DNA from: an uncultured Alistipes sp.
GTDB taxonomy: Bacteria > Bacteroidota > Bacteroidia > Bacteroidales > Rikenellaceae
Reading direction: 5' to 3'
Length of the DNA stretch: 64,000 nucleotides
Assembly: GCA_900550925.1 (NCBI GenBank)
Contig: URTU01000002.1
Span: 8,772-72,771, forward strand
Below are positions 21,117 through 31,955 of the stretch, piece by piece. The position numbers and the translations under genes were made by a program. How positions within the stretch are numbered: the first letter of the stretch is position 1; every line of letters starts with the position of its first letter. A model generated the notes under the pieces. That model was not told the origin of the DNA. It saw nothing but the letters and a program-made list of their open reading frames with translations, and made no database searches.

Positions 21117-22556
21117 CTATTTCAACTTCACTGCCGCAATATCGGCTTCCGGTACAGCCGACCGAGGATCGGCTGCCGCCTTCTTCGCGGCCACCTCCGC
21201 AAGCGCTTCGGCACAACGGTCGATGTTTCCCGCTCCGAAACTTACCACAATATCAGTATCCATCGACGCCACTGTCTCGACCAGCCGGTCGCGTTCCACG
21301 ATCCGGTACGGGACCGTAAGCTTGCGGGCGATCATCTGCGAATCGACCCCTTCGATCGGTTTTTCGCGGGCCGGATAGATCGGCAGCAGAACCACCTCGT
21401 CGGCATGTGACAGCGCCTCGGCAAACCCGTCGCACAGATCCCGCGTACGGGTATAGAGGTGCGGCTGGAAGAGCGCCGTCAACTTCCGGCCCGGGAACAT
21501 GGCTTTGACGGATGTGATCGTGGCGTTCAGCTCGCGCGGATGGTGGGCATAGTCGTCGATATAGACCTGCCGCGGTGTATTGACATAGACCTCCATACGG
21601 CGTTTGACGCCCGAGAACTCCGCCAGACCGCGTTTCAAACGCTCCTCATCCAGCTCCACGCCCTCGTGCCGCGAGGCTACCCACTCCTCAGCAACGGCCG
21701 CAACGGCATTCTCGACATTCAGAATCCCGGGAATCCCCAGCCGGCACCCGGCAATCACACGGTCGGGGCAGACCAGATCGAAACTGTAACAGCCATCCGG
21801 ATTGCAGACAACCGACCGTGCATGGAAATCGCCCTCGGCATCGAGCGAATACCTCCACACCGTTATGTCGGGATTGCCGAGACGTATGTCGACACCCGCC
21901 TTCAGGATCAGCGTACCGCCGCTACGGATACGGTCGACAAACTGCGAGAAGGCCTCCCGAACGGCCTCATAGGTCCCGTATATGTCAAGATGATCGGGGT
22001 CGACCGACGTAATCACCGCCACATCGGGCGACAGCCGCAGGAACGAGCGGTCAAACTCGTCGGCCTCGACCGCCATGCGGCGCCCCTTGCCCAGAACCAG
22101 GTTACTTCCGAAATTCTTCGAGATACCGCCCAAAACGGCATTCCCGCCATCGGTCAGACAGCGGTTCAGCCATGCAACAAGTGTCGACGTGGTGGTTTTG
22201 CCGTGCGTACCGGCAACCGCCATCACATAACTGTCCTCACACACAAGTCCCAGCACCTGCGAACGTTTCAGCACCTCGAACCCATGGTCGCGGAAATAGG
22301 TCAACTCACCGTGGTCAGCCGGCACGGCCGGCGTGTAGATCACAACCGTACGTTCCGGATCGAGAAATACGCGGTCGACCGACTCAATGTCATCCGTATA
22401 GTGCACCGAAGCCCCTTCGGCTTCGAGCTGATCGGTCAGGTGCGAACGGGTCAGATCGTACCCGCCAACACGGTAACCCTTGTGCATGAAGTATCGCGCC
22501 AGGGCACTCATCCCGATACCGCCGATACCTACAAAATATATATTCTCAGTCTTCAT
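21117..22556 (-). CDS. murC: UDP-N-acetylmuramate-L-alanine ligase
   Basis: GIGGIGMSALA, GTHGKTTT, EADEFDRSF, DDYAHHP. Confidence 0.97.
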   Translation of the reverse strand: MKTENIYFVGIGGIGMSALARYFMHKGYRVGGYDLTRSHLTDQLEAEGASVHYTDDIESVDRVFLDPERTVVIYTPAVPADHGELTYFRDHGFEVLKRSQVLGLVCEDSYVMAVAGTHGKTTTSTLVAWLNRCLTDGGNAVLGGISKNFGSNLVLGKGRRMAVEADEFDRSFLRLSPDVAVITSVDPDHLDIYGTYEAVREAFSQFVDRIRSGGTLILKAGVDIRLGNPDITVWRYSLDAEGDFHARSVVCNPDGCYSFDLVCPDRVIAGCRLGIPGILNVENAVAAVAEEWVASRHEGVELDEERLKRGLAEFSGVKRRMEVYVNTPRQVYIDDYAHHPRELNATITSVKAMFPGRKLTALFQPHLYTRTRDLCDGFAEALSHADEVVLLPIYPAREKPIEGVDSQMIARKLTVPYRIVERDRLVETVASMDTDIVVSFGAGNIDRCAEALAEVAAKKAAADPRSAVPEADIAAVKLK

Positions 22557-22568
22557 CCTGCTATAAAA

Positions 22569-23681
22569 TCACTTCTGTTCCAATACCGAAAGTATCTCAT
22601 CCACAACACGGTCTGCCGAATCAGGTATTCCCAGGGCCGAAATGTTGCGGCGCAGCGACTCCAGCCGTTCCCGATCTCCGAGCAGCCCGACAGCCTTCGC
22701 CATGGCCTCCTCCACGGCCCGCGAATCGGGGATCATCTCCGCTGCGCCCTTTTCGACCAGCGCCATGGCATTCTTGGTCTGATGGTCCTCGGCGACGTTG
22801 GGCGAAGGAACGAACACCGTCGCACACCCGACCAGGCACAGCTCCGAAACCGTACATGCCCCGCTCCGCGAAACAACCACGTCGGCCGCCTCGTAGGCCA
22901 TATCCATACGGTCGATGAAGGCCCCCTGCCAGACACCCTCAAGCGGGTGCTGCGAGAGAAACTCACGCATCTCGGCCTCATAATATTTACCCGTCTGCCA
23001 GATCACCTGAACATCCGTCCGGCCACCCTCGTGATCCGCAACCCAACGCTTCATCATGTTGTTCAGCGTACGCGTACCCAGGCTGCCCCCGACCACCAGT
23101 ATCACCGGCCGGTCGTCCGAAAGCCCGAAATGGGCCAATGCATCGGCACGGTTTCCGGTCTTCGAGAAGCGCCCGCGCAACGGATTGCCCGTCATCACGA
23201 TCCTGTCGGCCGGGAAGAACCGATCCATACCGTCATACGCAACGCAGATACGCCGCGCCCCGCGGGCCAGGATCTTGTTCGTCACGCCCGCATAGGAGTT
23301 CTGCTCCTGTATCAGCGTCGGGACCCCGAGCCGCTGCGCAGCCCACAACACCGGACCGCTCGCATAACCCCCGAAGCCCATCACCACATCGGCACCGAAC
23401 TCCCTGACAACCCTGCGGGCCCGCGAAATGCTCTTCAGCACCTTGAACGGTAGCAGGAAATTGCTCATCGTCAGCCGCCGCTGTAATCCCGCCGTCGGAA
23501 GCCCCACGACACGGTATCCGAGAGCCGGCAACTTCTCCATCTCCATCTTGCCCTCGGCCCCGACGAACAACAGTTCGACATCATCGCCCAGACGCCGTTT
23601 GAGCGCCTCGGCAACGGCGACCGCCGGATAGATATGTCCACCCGTACCGCCGCCGCTCAATATGATTTTCAGTCTCTTCAT
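22569..23681 (-). CDS. murG: Lipid II GlcNAc transferase
   Basis: GGGTGGHIYP, GGYAS, EQN, GGSLG, HQTKNA. Confidence 0.97.
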   Translation of the reverse strand: MKRLKIILSGGGTGGHIYPAVAVAEALKRRLGDDVELLFVGAEGKMEMEKLPALGYRVVGLPTAGLQRRLTMSNFLLPFKVLKSISRARRVVREFGADVVMGFGGYASGPVLWAAQRLGVPTLIQEQNSYAGVTNKILARGARRICVAYDGMDRFFPADRIVMTGNPLRGRFSKTGNRADALAHFGLSDDRPVILVVGGSLGTRTLNNMMKRWVADHEGGRTDVQVIWQTGKYYEAEMREFLSQHPLEGVWQGAFIDRMDMAYEAADVVVSRSGACTVSELCLVGCATVFVPSPNVAEDHQTKNAMALVEKGAAEMIPDSRAVEEAMAKAVGLLGDRERLESLRRNISALGIPDSADRVVDEILSVLEQK

Positions 23682-24964
23682 CTCGATTTATTTTCATACA
23701 ACGATTCGCCGCGCGGACGATCGAGCGTCTGTTCGCTCGTCTGCCGGCTAACTCCCAGAATCATTCCCAATGCTATCGACGTAAACAGTATCGACGAACC
23801 GCCATGGCTGATCAGCGGCAGCGGCTGTCCGGTCTCCGGAAACAGGTTTATCGTCACCAGTATGTGTACCAGCGCCTGGAATGTTATCATCAATCCGAGC
23901 CCCAGCACCAGCAGTGACGGGAAAGCCGTACCGCACCTCTCGAAAATCAGTTTTGAACGATAGAATACCCAAAGGTACAGCATCATGACGATGATTGCAA
24001 AGAACAATCCGTACTCCTCGACAATGATCGCAAAGGCATAATCACTCTCGGGGTGGATCAGTTCGACGCGCATCAGGCTCTGACCGGCGCCCTGACCCGT
24101 CAGACCGCCGTTGTAGATCGCCGTCATGGCACGTTGCGTATCGGTCAGGTCCTCGATCGGACGGTTGCTCTGATCGAAAAACAGTGTCGTCACCCAGTCG
24201 TACATTCGTCCATGGGCCGTATCAGTACGGCCGACCCTCAGCACCGCCATGCCCAGTACCGCCGCCAGAAGAGCCAGGAACAACAGTTTGAACAACTCGC
24301 GGCTGCGGATACGCCCGATAGCCATCATGATCCAACAGATAAAGAAGAGCATGGCCGCCGACGAGGTGTGGGCAGGAAGAATTACCGCACACGCCACTAC
24401 GACAGGCCCCAGGACCGGTATCGTCTCCTCGCGGATGATCCGCCAGACCCGTTTCCTGTTCCGGCCCCAGCGCCAGAAGGCCAGCGGAGGCAGGAGTTCG
24501 AGTTTCTCGGCGCGGGTCTGCCTCGACGCCAGTATCTTTGCCAGCAGAAGGATCGTCGCCACCTTCAACATTTCGGAGGGCTGCAGATCGAAGAAACCCA
24601 TCGAGATCCAGCGGTGAGCCCCGTTGATCGACTTGCCGATACCCGGAATATAGGCCCCGATCGTCAGCGCCACAGCCACAAAGTAGAACAGCCATGCCCA
24701 CCGGCTGTAGACCTGATAGTTCCACTTGTGGACAAACAGTATTCCCGCAAGGCTCACAACCACAAACAGCATCTGTTTGAACATGTAGGCATATGTTCCC
24801 TTGTCCGACGAGCCGGCATAGACCATCTTGGCCGTCGACGAATAGACCACCAGCACCGAAATCACCAACAGCAAAGCTATGATGATCCACAGTGCACGGT
24901 CACCCGTAAACAGACGTCCCCACAGGCTGCGTTCCTGCTCTATCTCCTTCTCCTGGCCAACCAT
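23678..24964 (-). CDS. ftsW: SEDS peptidoglycan polymerase FtsW
   Basis: INGAHRWI, QPSE, SDYAFAII.EE.G, TGQPLPLISHGGSS. Confidence 0.93.
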   Translation of the reverse strand: MVGQEKEIEQERSLWGRLFTGDRALWIIIALLLVISVLVVYSSTAKMVYAGSSDKGTYAYMFKQMLFVVVSLAGILFVHKWNYQVYSRWAWLFYFVAVALTIGAYIPGIGKSINGAHRWISMGFFDLQPSEMLKVATILLLAKILASRQTRAEKLELLPPLAFWRWGRNRKRVWRIIREETIPVLGPVVVACAVILPAHTSSAAMLFFICWIMMAIGRIRSRELFKLLFLALLAAVLGMAVLRVGRTDTAHGRMYDWVTTLFFDQSNRPIEDLTDTQRAMTAIYNGGLTGQGAGQSLMRVELIHPESDYAFAIIVEEYGLFFAIIVMMLYLWVFYRSKLIFERCGTAFPSLLVLGLGLMITFQALVHILVTINLFPETGQPLPLISHGGSSILFTSIALGMILGVSRQTSEQTLDRPRGESLYENKSR

Positions 24965-24971
24965 ACGCTAT

Positions 24972-26351
24972 CTACCGTTTGACATGCTCGTTCACCCAGC
25001 GTTTGAACTCCTCGCCGCGGTGTTCGTAGTTCTTGAAGAGGTCGAAGCTCGCACACGCCGGCGACAACAGCACCGTATCACCCTTTCGGGCCGCACGGCA
25101 AGCCGCCTGCATCGCCTCGTCGAGCGAATGTGTATCAATGACCTGCGGCACGACACCCGTAAACGAATCGATCAGCTTGCGGTTGTCGACACCCATGCAG
25201 ACCAGCGTATGCACCTTCTGCCGTGCGAAATCCATCAGCGGTGCATAATCGTTTCCCTTGTCCGTACCGCCGGCAATCCAGACCGTCGGACGCTGCATGC
25301 TCTCAAGGGCATACCACACCGAATCGACATTCGTGGCCTTCGAGTCGTTGATGAACAGCACCCCGTCGGCCGACTCCAGAACCCGCTCCAGGCGGTGCTC
25401 CACACCCTCGAACGAGAGGATGCTCCTGCGCACCTGTTCCGGTTCGACACCCGCCGCCAGGGTCGCCAAAGCCGCCGCCATGGCATTATAGGCATTGTGC
25501 AGGCCGTGGATCTTCATCTCCGAGGTTGCGATCTCGACCGACCGCCGGCCCACCGATGCAACGAACGTCCCGTCGCTATCCAGCACCGCATCTCCCGCCC
25601 CGCTCGCAATGGCCGTATGGGCCGCAAAGGGCAGCTGCCGCATCCGCAGGTCGTACTTGGGCAGTTCGGCCGCAATGACCGGATCGTCCGCCGAATAGAC
25701 AAATGCACAACGGCTGTGCTGGTTGCGGATTATCCGCATCTTCGAATCTATGTAGTTCTGGAAGCAGTAGCCGTAACGGTCGAGGTGGTCGGGCGTGATG
25801 TTCATCAGCACCGCCACGTCGGCCCGGAAATCGTACATGCCGTCCAGCTGGAACGAACTTATCTCCAGCACATACCAGTCGTAGCTTCCCGTAGCGACCG
25901 AATAGGCGAAACTCTCGCCGATGTTGCCGCCCAGTGCGACATTCATGCCGGCATCCTTCATGATCTTGTAGATCAGCGTCGTGGTCGTGGTCTTGCCGTT
26001 CGAACCGGTAATGCAGATCGTCCGCGCACGACCCTTGTAACGCCCCGCAAACTCGATCTCCGAAATGATCGGTATACCACGTTCGCGCAAAGCCTGCACG
26101 ACCGGCGCCTTCTCGGGGATACCCGGGCTCTTCACCACCTCGTCGGCCGCCAGAATGCGATCCATCGTATGGCCGCCCTCCTCATATTCGACACTCCACC
26201 GGTCGAGTTCCGTCCGATAGCGATCCGCTATCTTGCCCGAATCTGACAAAAAGACATCCATCCCAAGTTTTTTGGCCAGAATGGCCGAGCCGTAGCCGCT
26301 GATGCCTCCGCCCAGCACTACAATCCGCTCAACCCGCTTTTTACGTACCAT
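24972..26351 (-). CDS. murD: UDP-MurNAc-L-Ala-D-glutamate ligase
   Basis: TGSNGKTTT, EISSFQL, NDSKATN, LLSPACASFD. Confidence 0.97.
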   Translation of the reverse strand: MVRKKRVERIVVLGGGISGYGSAILAKKLGMDVFLSDSGKIADRYRTELDRWSVEYEEGGHTMDRILAADEVVKSPGIPEKAPVVQALRERGIPIISEIEFAGRYKGRARTICITGSNGKTTTTTLIYKIMKDAGMNVALGGNIGESFAYSVATGSYDWYVLEISSFQLDGMYDFRADVAVLMNITPDHLDRYGYCFQNYIDSKMRIIRNQHSRCAFVYSADDPVIAAELPKYDLRMRQLPFAAHTAIASGAGDAVLDSDGTFVASVGRRSVEIATSEMKIHGLHNAYNAMAAALATLAAGVEPEQVRRSILSFEGVEHRLERVLESADGVLFINDSKATNVDSVWYALESMQRPTVWIAGGTDKGNDYAPLMDFARQKVHTLVCMGVDNRKLIDSFTGVVPQVIDTHSLDEAMQAACRAARKGDTVLLSPACASFDLFKNYEHRGEEFKRWVNEHVKR

Positions 26352-26366
26352 AATTCTATATCTCCT

Positions 26367-27617
26367 TTATCGTATCTTCAACGTTACGAGCGCAACCGCC
26401 GCCAGAAGCATCGACATGATCCAGAAGCGTATCACGATCTTCGACTCATGGAATCCGCGTTTCTGGTAGTGGTGGTGCAGGGGCGCCATCAGGAAGATGC
26501 GCCGGCCCTCGCCGTAATGTTTTTTCGTATATCTGAAATAACCGACCTGGATCATCACCGAAAGGCTTTCGACCAGGAATACTCCGCACAGGATCGGCAG
26601 CAGCAGCTCCTTTCGGATCAACAGCGCAAAGACGCCGATCAGACCGCCGATGGCCAGACTGCCCGTATCGCCCATAAATACCTGCGCCGGATAGCTGTTG
26701 TACCACAGGAAGCCGATCAGGGCTCCGAGGAATGCCGCCGCGAAGACCACAAGCTCACCGCTGTGCGGTATGTACATTATATTAAGGTAGTCGGCGTAGA
26801 CTATGTGGCCCGACAGATAGGCCAATATTCCAAGCACGAAGACTATCGGCGCCGAGACTCCCGTGACCAGCCCGTCCAGGCCGTCGGTCAGGTTGGCACC
26901 GTTCGAGACCGCCGTGATGATGAAGATCGCAACCAGAACATACACGATCCAGCCGAGGGTCTCGTTGCCACCGGCCAGCCACTTGTAGTCGAATTCGTTG
27001 TCCTTGATGAACGGGATGGTTGTCTGCGTGGTCTTGACGCCCGCAACAACCTCTTCCGAAATATCATGCTCGCGTTCGGGGGCGAAATAGGACATGTCGG
27101 CCACCTCCTCGCGCACCGATGCCGGAAGCGTAGCCCCTTCGCGAACAACGATATCGCTGTTGAGCCACATAACGCTGCCGACGATCAGTCCCAGCCCCAC
27201 CTGTCCGATGATCTTGAAACGTCCGTTCAGCCCCTCCTTGTTGTGGCGGAAAACCTTGATGTAGTCATCCAGACCGCCGATGAATCCCAACCATATGGTT
27301 GATATGATTACCAGCTGCACATATACATTCCCCAGGTCGCCGAACAGCAGCACCGGAACCAATATGGCCAGCAGAATGATCAGACCGCCCATCGTCGGGG
27401 TACCTTTCTTCTGCATCTGTCCCGCCAGACCAAGGTTGCGGATCTCCTCGCCGATCTGGCGCCGGGCCAACATGTTGATGATGCGGCGGCCGAAGACTAT
27501 CGCTATCAGCAGTGCGAATATGATCGCCATCGCCGCCCGAAACGACAAATACTGGAACATCCCCGCCCCCGGCAGGGTGTAGTGTTCACCAAGATATTCG
27601 AATAATGAATAGAGCAT
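26367..27617 (-). CDS. mraY: Phospho-MurNAc-pentapeptide transferase
   Basis: [35 protein letters not shown]. Confidence 0.97.
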   Translation of the reverse strand: MLYSLFEYLGEHYTLPGAGMFQYLSFRAAMAIIFALLIAIVFGRRIINMLARRQIGEEIRNLGLAGQMQKKGTPTMGGLIILLAILVPVLLFGDLGNVYVQLVIISTIWLGFIGGLDDYIKVFRHNKEGLNGRFKIIGQVGLGLIVGSVMWLNSDIVVREGATLPASVREEVADMSYFAPEREHDISEEVVAGVKTTQTTIPFIKDNEFDYKWLAGGNETLGWIVYVLVAIFIITAVSNGANLTDGLDGLVTGVSAPIVFVLGILAYLSGHIVYADYLNIMYIPHSGELVVFAAAFLGALIGFLWYNSYPAQVFMGDTGSLAIGGLIGVFALLIRKELLLPILCGVFLVESLSVMIQVGYFRYTKKHYGEGRRIFLMAPLHHHYQKRGFHESKIVIRFWIMSMLLAAVALVTLKIR

Positions 27618-27647
27618 ATTTTTCCCCACCCCCTCTATTATTGTTGT

Positions 27648-29123
27648 TTAACTCTTTTGATTACCTGCGCTCCTCAACTCGTCGAAAGCCCGGCGGACCT
27701 CCTCGCGGTCATCGAAATGGTGCTTCACCGTCCCTACCTGCTGGTAGGTCTCGTGCCCCTTTCCGGCCACCAGGATCACATCGCCCGAAGCGGCCATCAT
27801 CGTCGCCGTACGGATCGCCTCGCGACGGTCCGTGATCCGCAGATAACGAACTCCCTTCTCCAGCCCGCCGACCATGTCGTCAAGTATCGCCTCGGGATCC
27901 TCCGTCCGCGGATTGTCCGACGTGAAGATCGCCATGTGGCTCCCGCGGATAGCTATCTCGGCCATCTCGGGCCGTTTGGTACGGTCGCGGTCACCACCGC
28001 ACCCGACTACAACGAAGAGCCGGCTCGTCGGGCGCCGTATCTCGTTAATCGTATCAATGACATTCTGCAGCGCGTCAGGCGTATGGGCATAGTCCACGAT
28101 CGCCGTCACTCCGTCCGCCGACTTCACCGTCTCGAAACGCCCGCGAACCGGTTCCAGCAGCGTCAGCTGACGCAGCACCTCCGCCTTGTCGGCCCCCAGA
28201 AGCCGCGCCGCCGCATAGACCGTCAGCAGGTTGTAGGCATTGAAGCGGCCGGCAAACCGCACCCACAGCTCCTCGCCGTCGAAACGCAGCAGCATGCCGT
28301 CGATATGCATCTCGACCACACGCCCCATGAAATCGGCCATCGACCGCAGCGACAACCGGCTCACCCGGGCACGGGTATTCTGAACCATCACCTCGCCGTT
28401 CCGGTCGTCAATGTTGACCAGTGCAAAGGCATCGGCCGGAAGCCCGTCGAAGAACATCTTCTTCGCACGCAGGTACTCGGCAAAGGTCTTGTGGTAATCC
28501 AGGTGGTCGTGCGTAATATTCGAGAAGATCCCCCCCGCAAAGCGGAGACCTCCGATGCGGTGCTGCACTATGCTGTGCGACGACACCTCCATGAAACAGT
28601 ATTCGCAGCCGGCCTCCACCATGCGGGCCAGCAGAGCATTCAGTGTAATCGGATCGGGCGTGGTGTGGTCGGCCGGAACCACCGTATCCTCGATACGGTT
28701 TTCGACCGTCGAAAGCAGCCCCGCACGATGTCCCATATTCCGGAACAGTTCGTACAGCAGCGTCACGGTCGTGGTCTTGCCGTTAGTACCGGTTATGCCC
28801 ACCAGTTTCAGACGGGACGAGGGGTTGTCGTAAAAGTTCAACGCCATGGGCCCCACCGCAGCCGAACTCTCCGCCACAACAACGTAACATACCGCCGGAT
28901 CGAGCTGCTCGGGCAGCCGTTCGCACACAACCGCGCACGCTCCGGCCCCGACCGCCGAATCTATATAGTCATGCCCGTCGCTGCGCGTGCCCACGACGGC
29001 AAAGAACATCGCCCCGCGGCCCACGCTGCGCGAATCGAGCGTCAGCGACTCCACCATATTCGCGCTGTCGCCGACCACGCGCTCAACCGTAATGCCCGCC
29101 AGGATTGATTCAACGCTTTTCAT
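27648..29123 (-). CDS. murE: UDP-MurNAc-tripeptide synthetase (DAP-adding)
   Basis: GTNGKTT, MEVSSH, DYAHTPD, DNPR DAP-specific motif, AGKGHE. Confidence 0.97.
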   Translation of the reverse strand: MKSVESILAGITVERVVGDSANMVESLTLDSRSVGRGAMFFAVVGTRSDGHDYIDSAVGAGACAVVCERLPEQLDPAVCYVVVAESSAAVGPMALNFYDNPSSRLKLVGITGTNGKTTTVTLLYELFRNMGHRAGLLSTVENRIEDTVVPADHTTPDPITLNALLARMVEAGCEYCFMEVSSHSIVQHRIGGLRFAGGIFSNITHDHLDYHKTFAEYLRAKKMFFDGLPADAFALVNIDDRNGEVMVQNTRARVSRLSLRSMADFMGRVVEMHIDGMLLRFDGEELWVRFAGRFNAYNLLTVYAAARLLGADKAEVLRQLTLLEPVRGRFETVKSADGVTAIVDYAHTPDALQNVIDTINEIRRPTSRLFVVVGCGGDRDRTKRPEMAEIAIRGSHMAIFTSDNPRTEDPEAILDDMVGGLEKGVRYLRITDRREAIRTATMMAASGDVILVAGKGHETYQQVGTVKHHFDDREEVRRAFDELRSAGNQKS

Positions 29124-29159
29124 AACTCCGTTCAAACGTTTGATATTTATATCGTTAAT

Positions 29160-31370
29160 TTACATGCTCAATGTCAGTGTCACATATTCGCCACGCCTTA
29201 CTGCCGCCCCCGAAGCTATGCTCTGACGCACCACACGTCCATGCCCGACAAACCCAACTCGCAACCCGCGGCTCTCAAGCAGATACAAGGCATCCTTCAG
29301 CCCCATACCACGCACATCCGGCATAAGGCCCTCCGTCAGCGTCACGTCGTGTATCGAAACCCGTCCCGTAGAATCGGCTTCGCTTTTGCCCCAGCCGTGA
29401 CGGTGATCCGTGCGGTAGCGGACATCCAGCGCCGAGGCCACCTTACGCATCTGATCGACATCGCCGCCCTTGATTGCCGTCGGATAGGCATCTTTGCCCG
29501 ACACCTCGAAATGCTGACGCCAGTCGCGCTCGAGGGTGTAGAGACTGTATATGATGTCGCGGATGACCGGACCGGCCACACCCGCTCCGTAATAGCGCCC
29601 CCGCGACGGCGAATTCTGAACAGCCACCATGACCGTATATTTCGGATTGTCGGTCGGGAAATAGGCTGCCATACTGCCCAGGTACTGTCCGGGCGCATGC
29701 ATGTCCATCGCCGTACCGGTCTTGGCCGCAACACGGAACAAGGCCGTATCGCGAACAAAATATTCCCGTGCCGTACCCGTAGCCGAAACCTCCTCCAGAC
29801 ACTCCTCGACCTTCCGCAGCGACGATGCCGAACAGATCTTCTCGTTCAGCACCCGCGGCTTGAAACGATCTATGGTCGTACCGTTGCGGCGAATCTCCTC
29901 GACCAGCATCGGCGCAACCATCCGCCCGCCGTTGGCAACCGCATTGTAAAGCGTAGCCGTCTGTATGGGCGACAACTCGTTCTCGTATCCGTAGGCTATC
30001 TGGCACAAACGGTTGTTGTAGAGCCAACGGTTGCGCACTTCGCGGTTTTCCGGATCGTAGTCGTTGAACAGCGGCTTTTTCTCCCCGAACGCCTCGAGAC
30101 CCATCGGCCGGTCGAGGTGCAGCGACCGCAAAAAGGCTACATACCGCTCCGGATGATCCTTGTAAGAGCGGTAAATCGCATTGGCAAAGAAGATATTTGA
30201 CGAAAGGGCCACGGCCTGTTTCATGGTCATCGTATCCGAAAAGGCATGGTCGTCGCGGACATATCCGTTACCGATCTTGACCCGCTTGTCCTTCGGCGCC
30301 GAGGTCACCTCGCCATCTACAACCGGAAACCGTGCATCGATATCGTAACCCTTGTCCTCGACCAGCGCCAGCAGCGATGCCAGCTTGAAGGTCGAACCCG
30401 GGCACTGACGTTTGTAGGCATTGTCCTCGATCTCGGCATACACACCCGGCGACACCTCCGAAAGGTTCGACATAGCCAGGATCTTCCCTGTCGAGACCTC
30501 CATGACAATCGCCGTTCCCCATATGGCATGGTTGGCAACCATATTCTTTCGCAGCGCCACATCCGAAATCTCCTGAATCCGCCGGTCGAGCGTCAGAACC
30601 ACATCCAGACCATCGACACGCGCACGGTTGGGAATCGAATCGTTCGTAGCCACATTGGTCGAGAAGCGGGGCGCTATGCGCTGACTCGACTGTATGCCGT
30701 CGCGGCCGCTCAGCAGCGAATCCATCACCTCTTCGACTCCGAACTGGTTCTTGCCCCACGAGGTGACCTTGCCCACCGTACGTTTGGCAATGCCGCCCAA
30801 CGGATAGACACGCATGTTGTCCTCGACAAGCCGGTAGGTGGCCGTCATGTTCGACAAGAGCGGATATCGCTTCAATTCGAGCCACTCGACATAGTCAACC
30901 ATGCGCGGGAAGAGCTTGACGGCCGTATGACGGCGGCGGTCGCCCCGCTTGTAACGAGGCCGCCCGGCATAGTTCGAACGGAATATCCTACGGAAATAGT
31001 CACTACCATAACCCTCGGGGCCGAAATAGCGTCCCAAAAGCAGCGACAGTGAATCGGAGTTCTTGCGGAACATCTCCACCGAATCGAACCCCTCGGCTCC
31101 GAAGTCGAGCTCCACCTGATAACGGGTCAAGGTGGTTACGATGGGTTCGCCGCCGCGCATGAGTATGTCGCCGCGACGTGCCGTAACGGTCTTCGTGGTC
31201 AGAATACGTTTGGAGAGCACCTGGGCAAAGGCCGCCGTTTCGGGGCTCGCAAACTGTATGCACACCAGCCGCACAACAATCACCACCGCCAACAGGAAAA
31301 ACAGCAGATAGAGCATCGTCACCCGCCGCCGGATCAGTTTCTTGATAGGTATTTGGGGTTGTTCCGACAT
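29160..31370 (-). CDS. ftsI: Class B PBP (FtsI) with C-terminal PASTA domain
   Basis: PGSTFK (SxxK), SSN, KTGT; MPDVRGMGLKDA PASTA repeat. Confidence 0.92.
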   Translation of the reverse strand: MSEQPQIPIKKLIRRRVTMLYLLFFLLAVVIVVRLVCIQFASPETAAFAQVLSKRILTTKTVTARRGDILMRGGEPIVTTLTRYQVELDFGAEGFDSVEMFRKNSDSLSLLLGRYFGPEGYGSDYFRRIFRSNYAGRPRYKRGDRRRHTAVKLFPRMVDYVEWLELKRYPLLSNMTATYRLVEDNMRVYPLGGIAKRTVGKVTSWGKNQFGVEEVMDSLLSGRDGIQSSQRIAPRFSTNVATNDSIPNRARVDGLDVVLTLDRRIQEISDVALRKNMVANHAIWGTAIVMEVSTGKILAMSNLSEVSPGVYAEIEDNAYKRQCPGSTFKLASLLALVEDKGYDIDARFPVVDGEVTSAPKDKRVKIGNGYVRDDHAFSDTMTMKQAVALSSNIFFANAIYRSYKDHPERYVAFLRSLHLDRPMGLEAFGEKKPLFNDYDPENREVRNRWLYNNRLCQIAYGYENELSPIQTATLYNAVANGGRMVAPMLVEEIRRNGTTIDRFKPRVLNEKICSASSLRKVEECLEEVSATGTAREYFVRDTALFRVAAKTGTAMDMHAPGQYLGSMAAYFPTDNPKYTVMVAVQNSPSRGRYYGAGVAGPVIRDIIYSLYTLERDWRQHFEVSGKDAYPTAIKGGDVDQMRKVASALDVRYRTDHRHGWGKSEADSTGRVSIHDVTLTEGLMPDVRGMGLKDALYLLESRGLRVGFVGHGRVVRQSIASGAAVRRGEYVTLTLSM

Positions 31371-31372
31371 AA

Positions 31373-31906
31373 TCAATCGCCATCGATAATGAATGTTTGC
31401 GTAGGCAGTTCCTCGAGTTCAAGCCCACGCGCCTCCAGCTGCTCCATGATCGCCTGACGCGACGTAAGGCTGTAGATGCGCTCGGATTGCCTTACCGACT
31501 TCTCGCGCAACTGCTGCAACTCCTTTTCCATTCTGGTGCGGCGTATGTCGAGCCGCAATGCCGAAAACAACACGAATATCGACAGGAAGAACATCGCCCC
31601 CACACACATCAGGTAGGGATACAGCCGTTTGACCTCCTCCTTTGTCAGAATGCCTCCGGTAAACAGCAGCGCCACCAGCCGCGACGAACGCCGTTCGCGA
31701 CGACGACGGTTCTCCTCCTCGGCCTCGCGCTCGGCCTCTTCGGCCCGTTCCTCCTCTTCCATATCCCGATCCGCCTCTCCGCGATTGATGCGCCGTACCT
31801 CGCGCCGTACCCGCCGCGCAAACTCCTCATCCTGCTCACGCCGCTCCTGCTCCTCTCGCAACGTCGGATCTATTTCGGGATCCTTCCCATATGATGTTTC
31901 GTCCAT
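31373..31906 (-). CDS. ftsL: FtsL-like protein with charged N-terminal extension
   Basis: Between rsmH and ftsI; single TM followed by coiled coil; start at MDETSYG. Confidence 0.7.
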   Translation of the reverse strand: MDETSYGKDPEIDPTLREEQERREQDEEFARRVRREVRRINRGEADRDMEEEERAEEAEREAEEENRRRRERRSSRLVALLFTGGILTKEEVKRLYPYLMCVGAMFFLSIFVLFSALRLDIRRTRMEKELQQLREKSVRQSERIYSLTSRQAIMEQLEARGLELEELPTQTFIIDGD

Positions 31907-31955
31907 CTTCTTCTCGCTATTGCATTTCCAAACAGACTGCCTGTTCCCAGCCTGT

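Noticed and set aside
18148..30200. Long plus-strand ORFs (625, 664, 455, 483 aa and others) across the dcw cluster
   Set aside because: Antisense to well-supported core genes, with no recognisable domains
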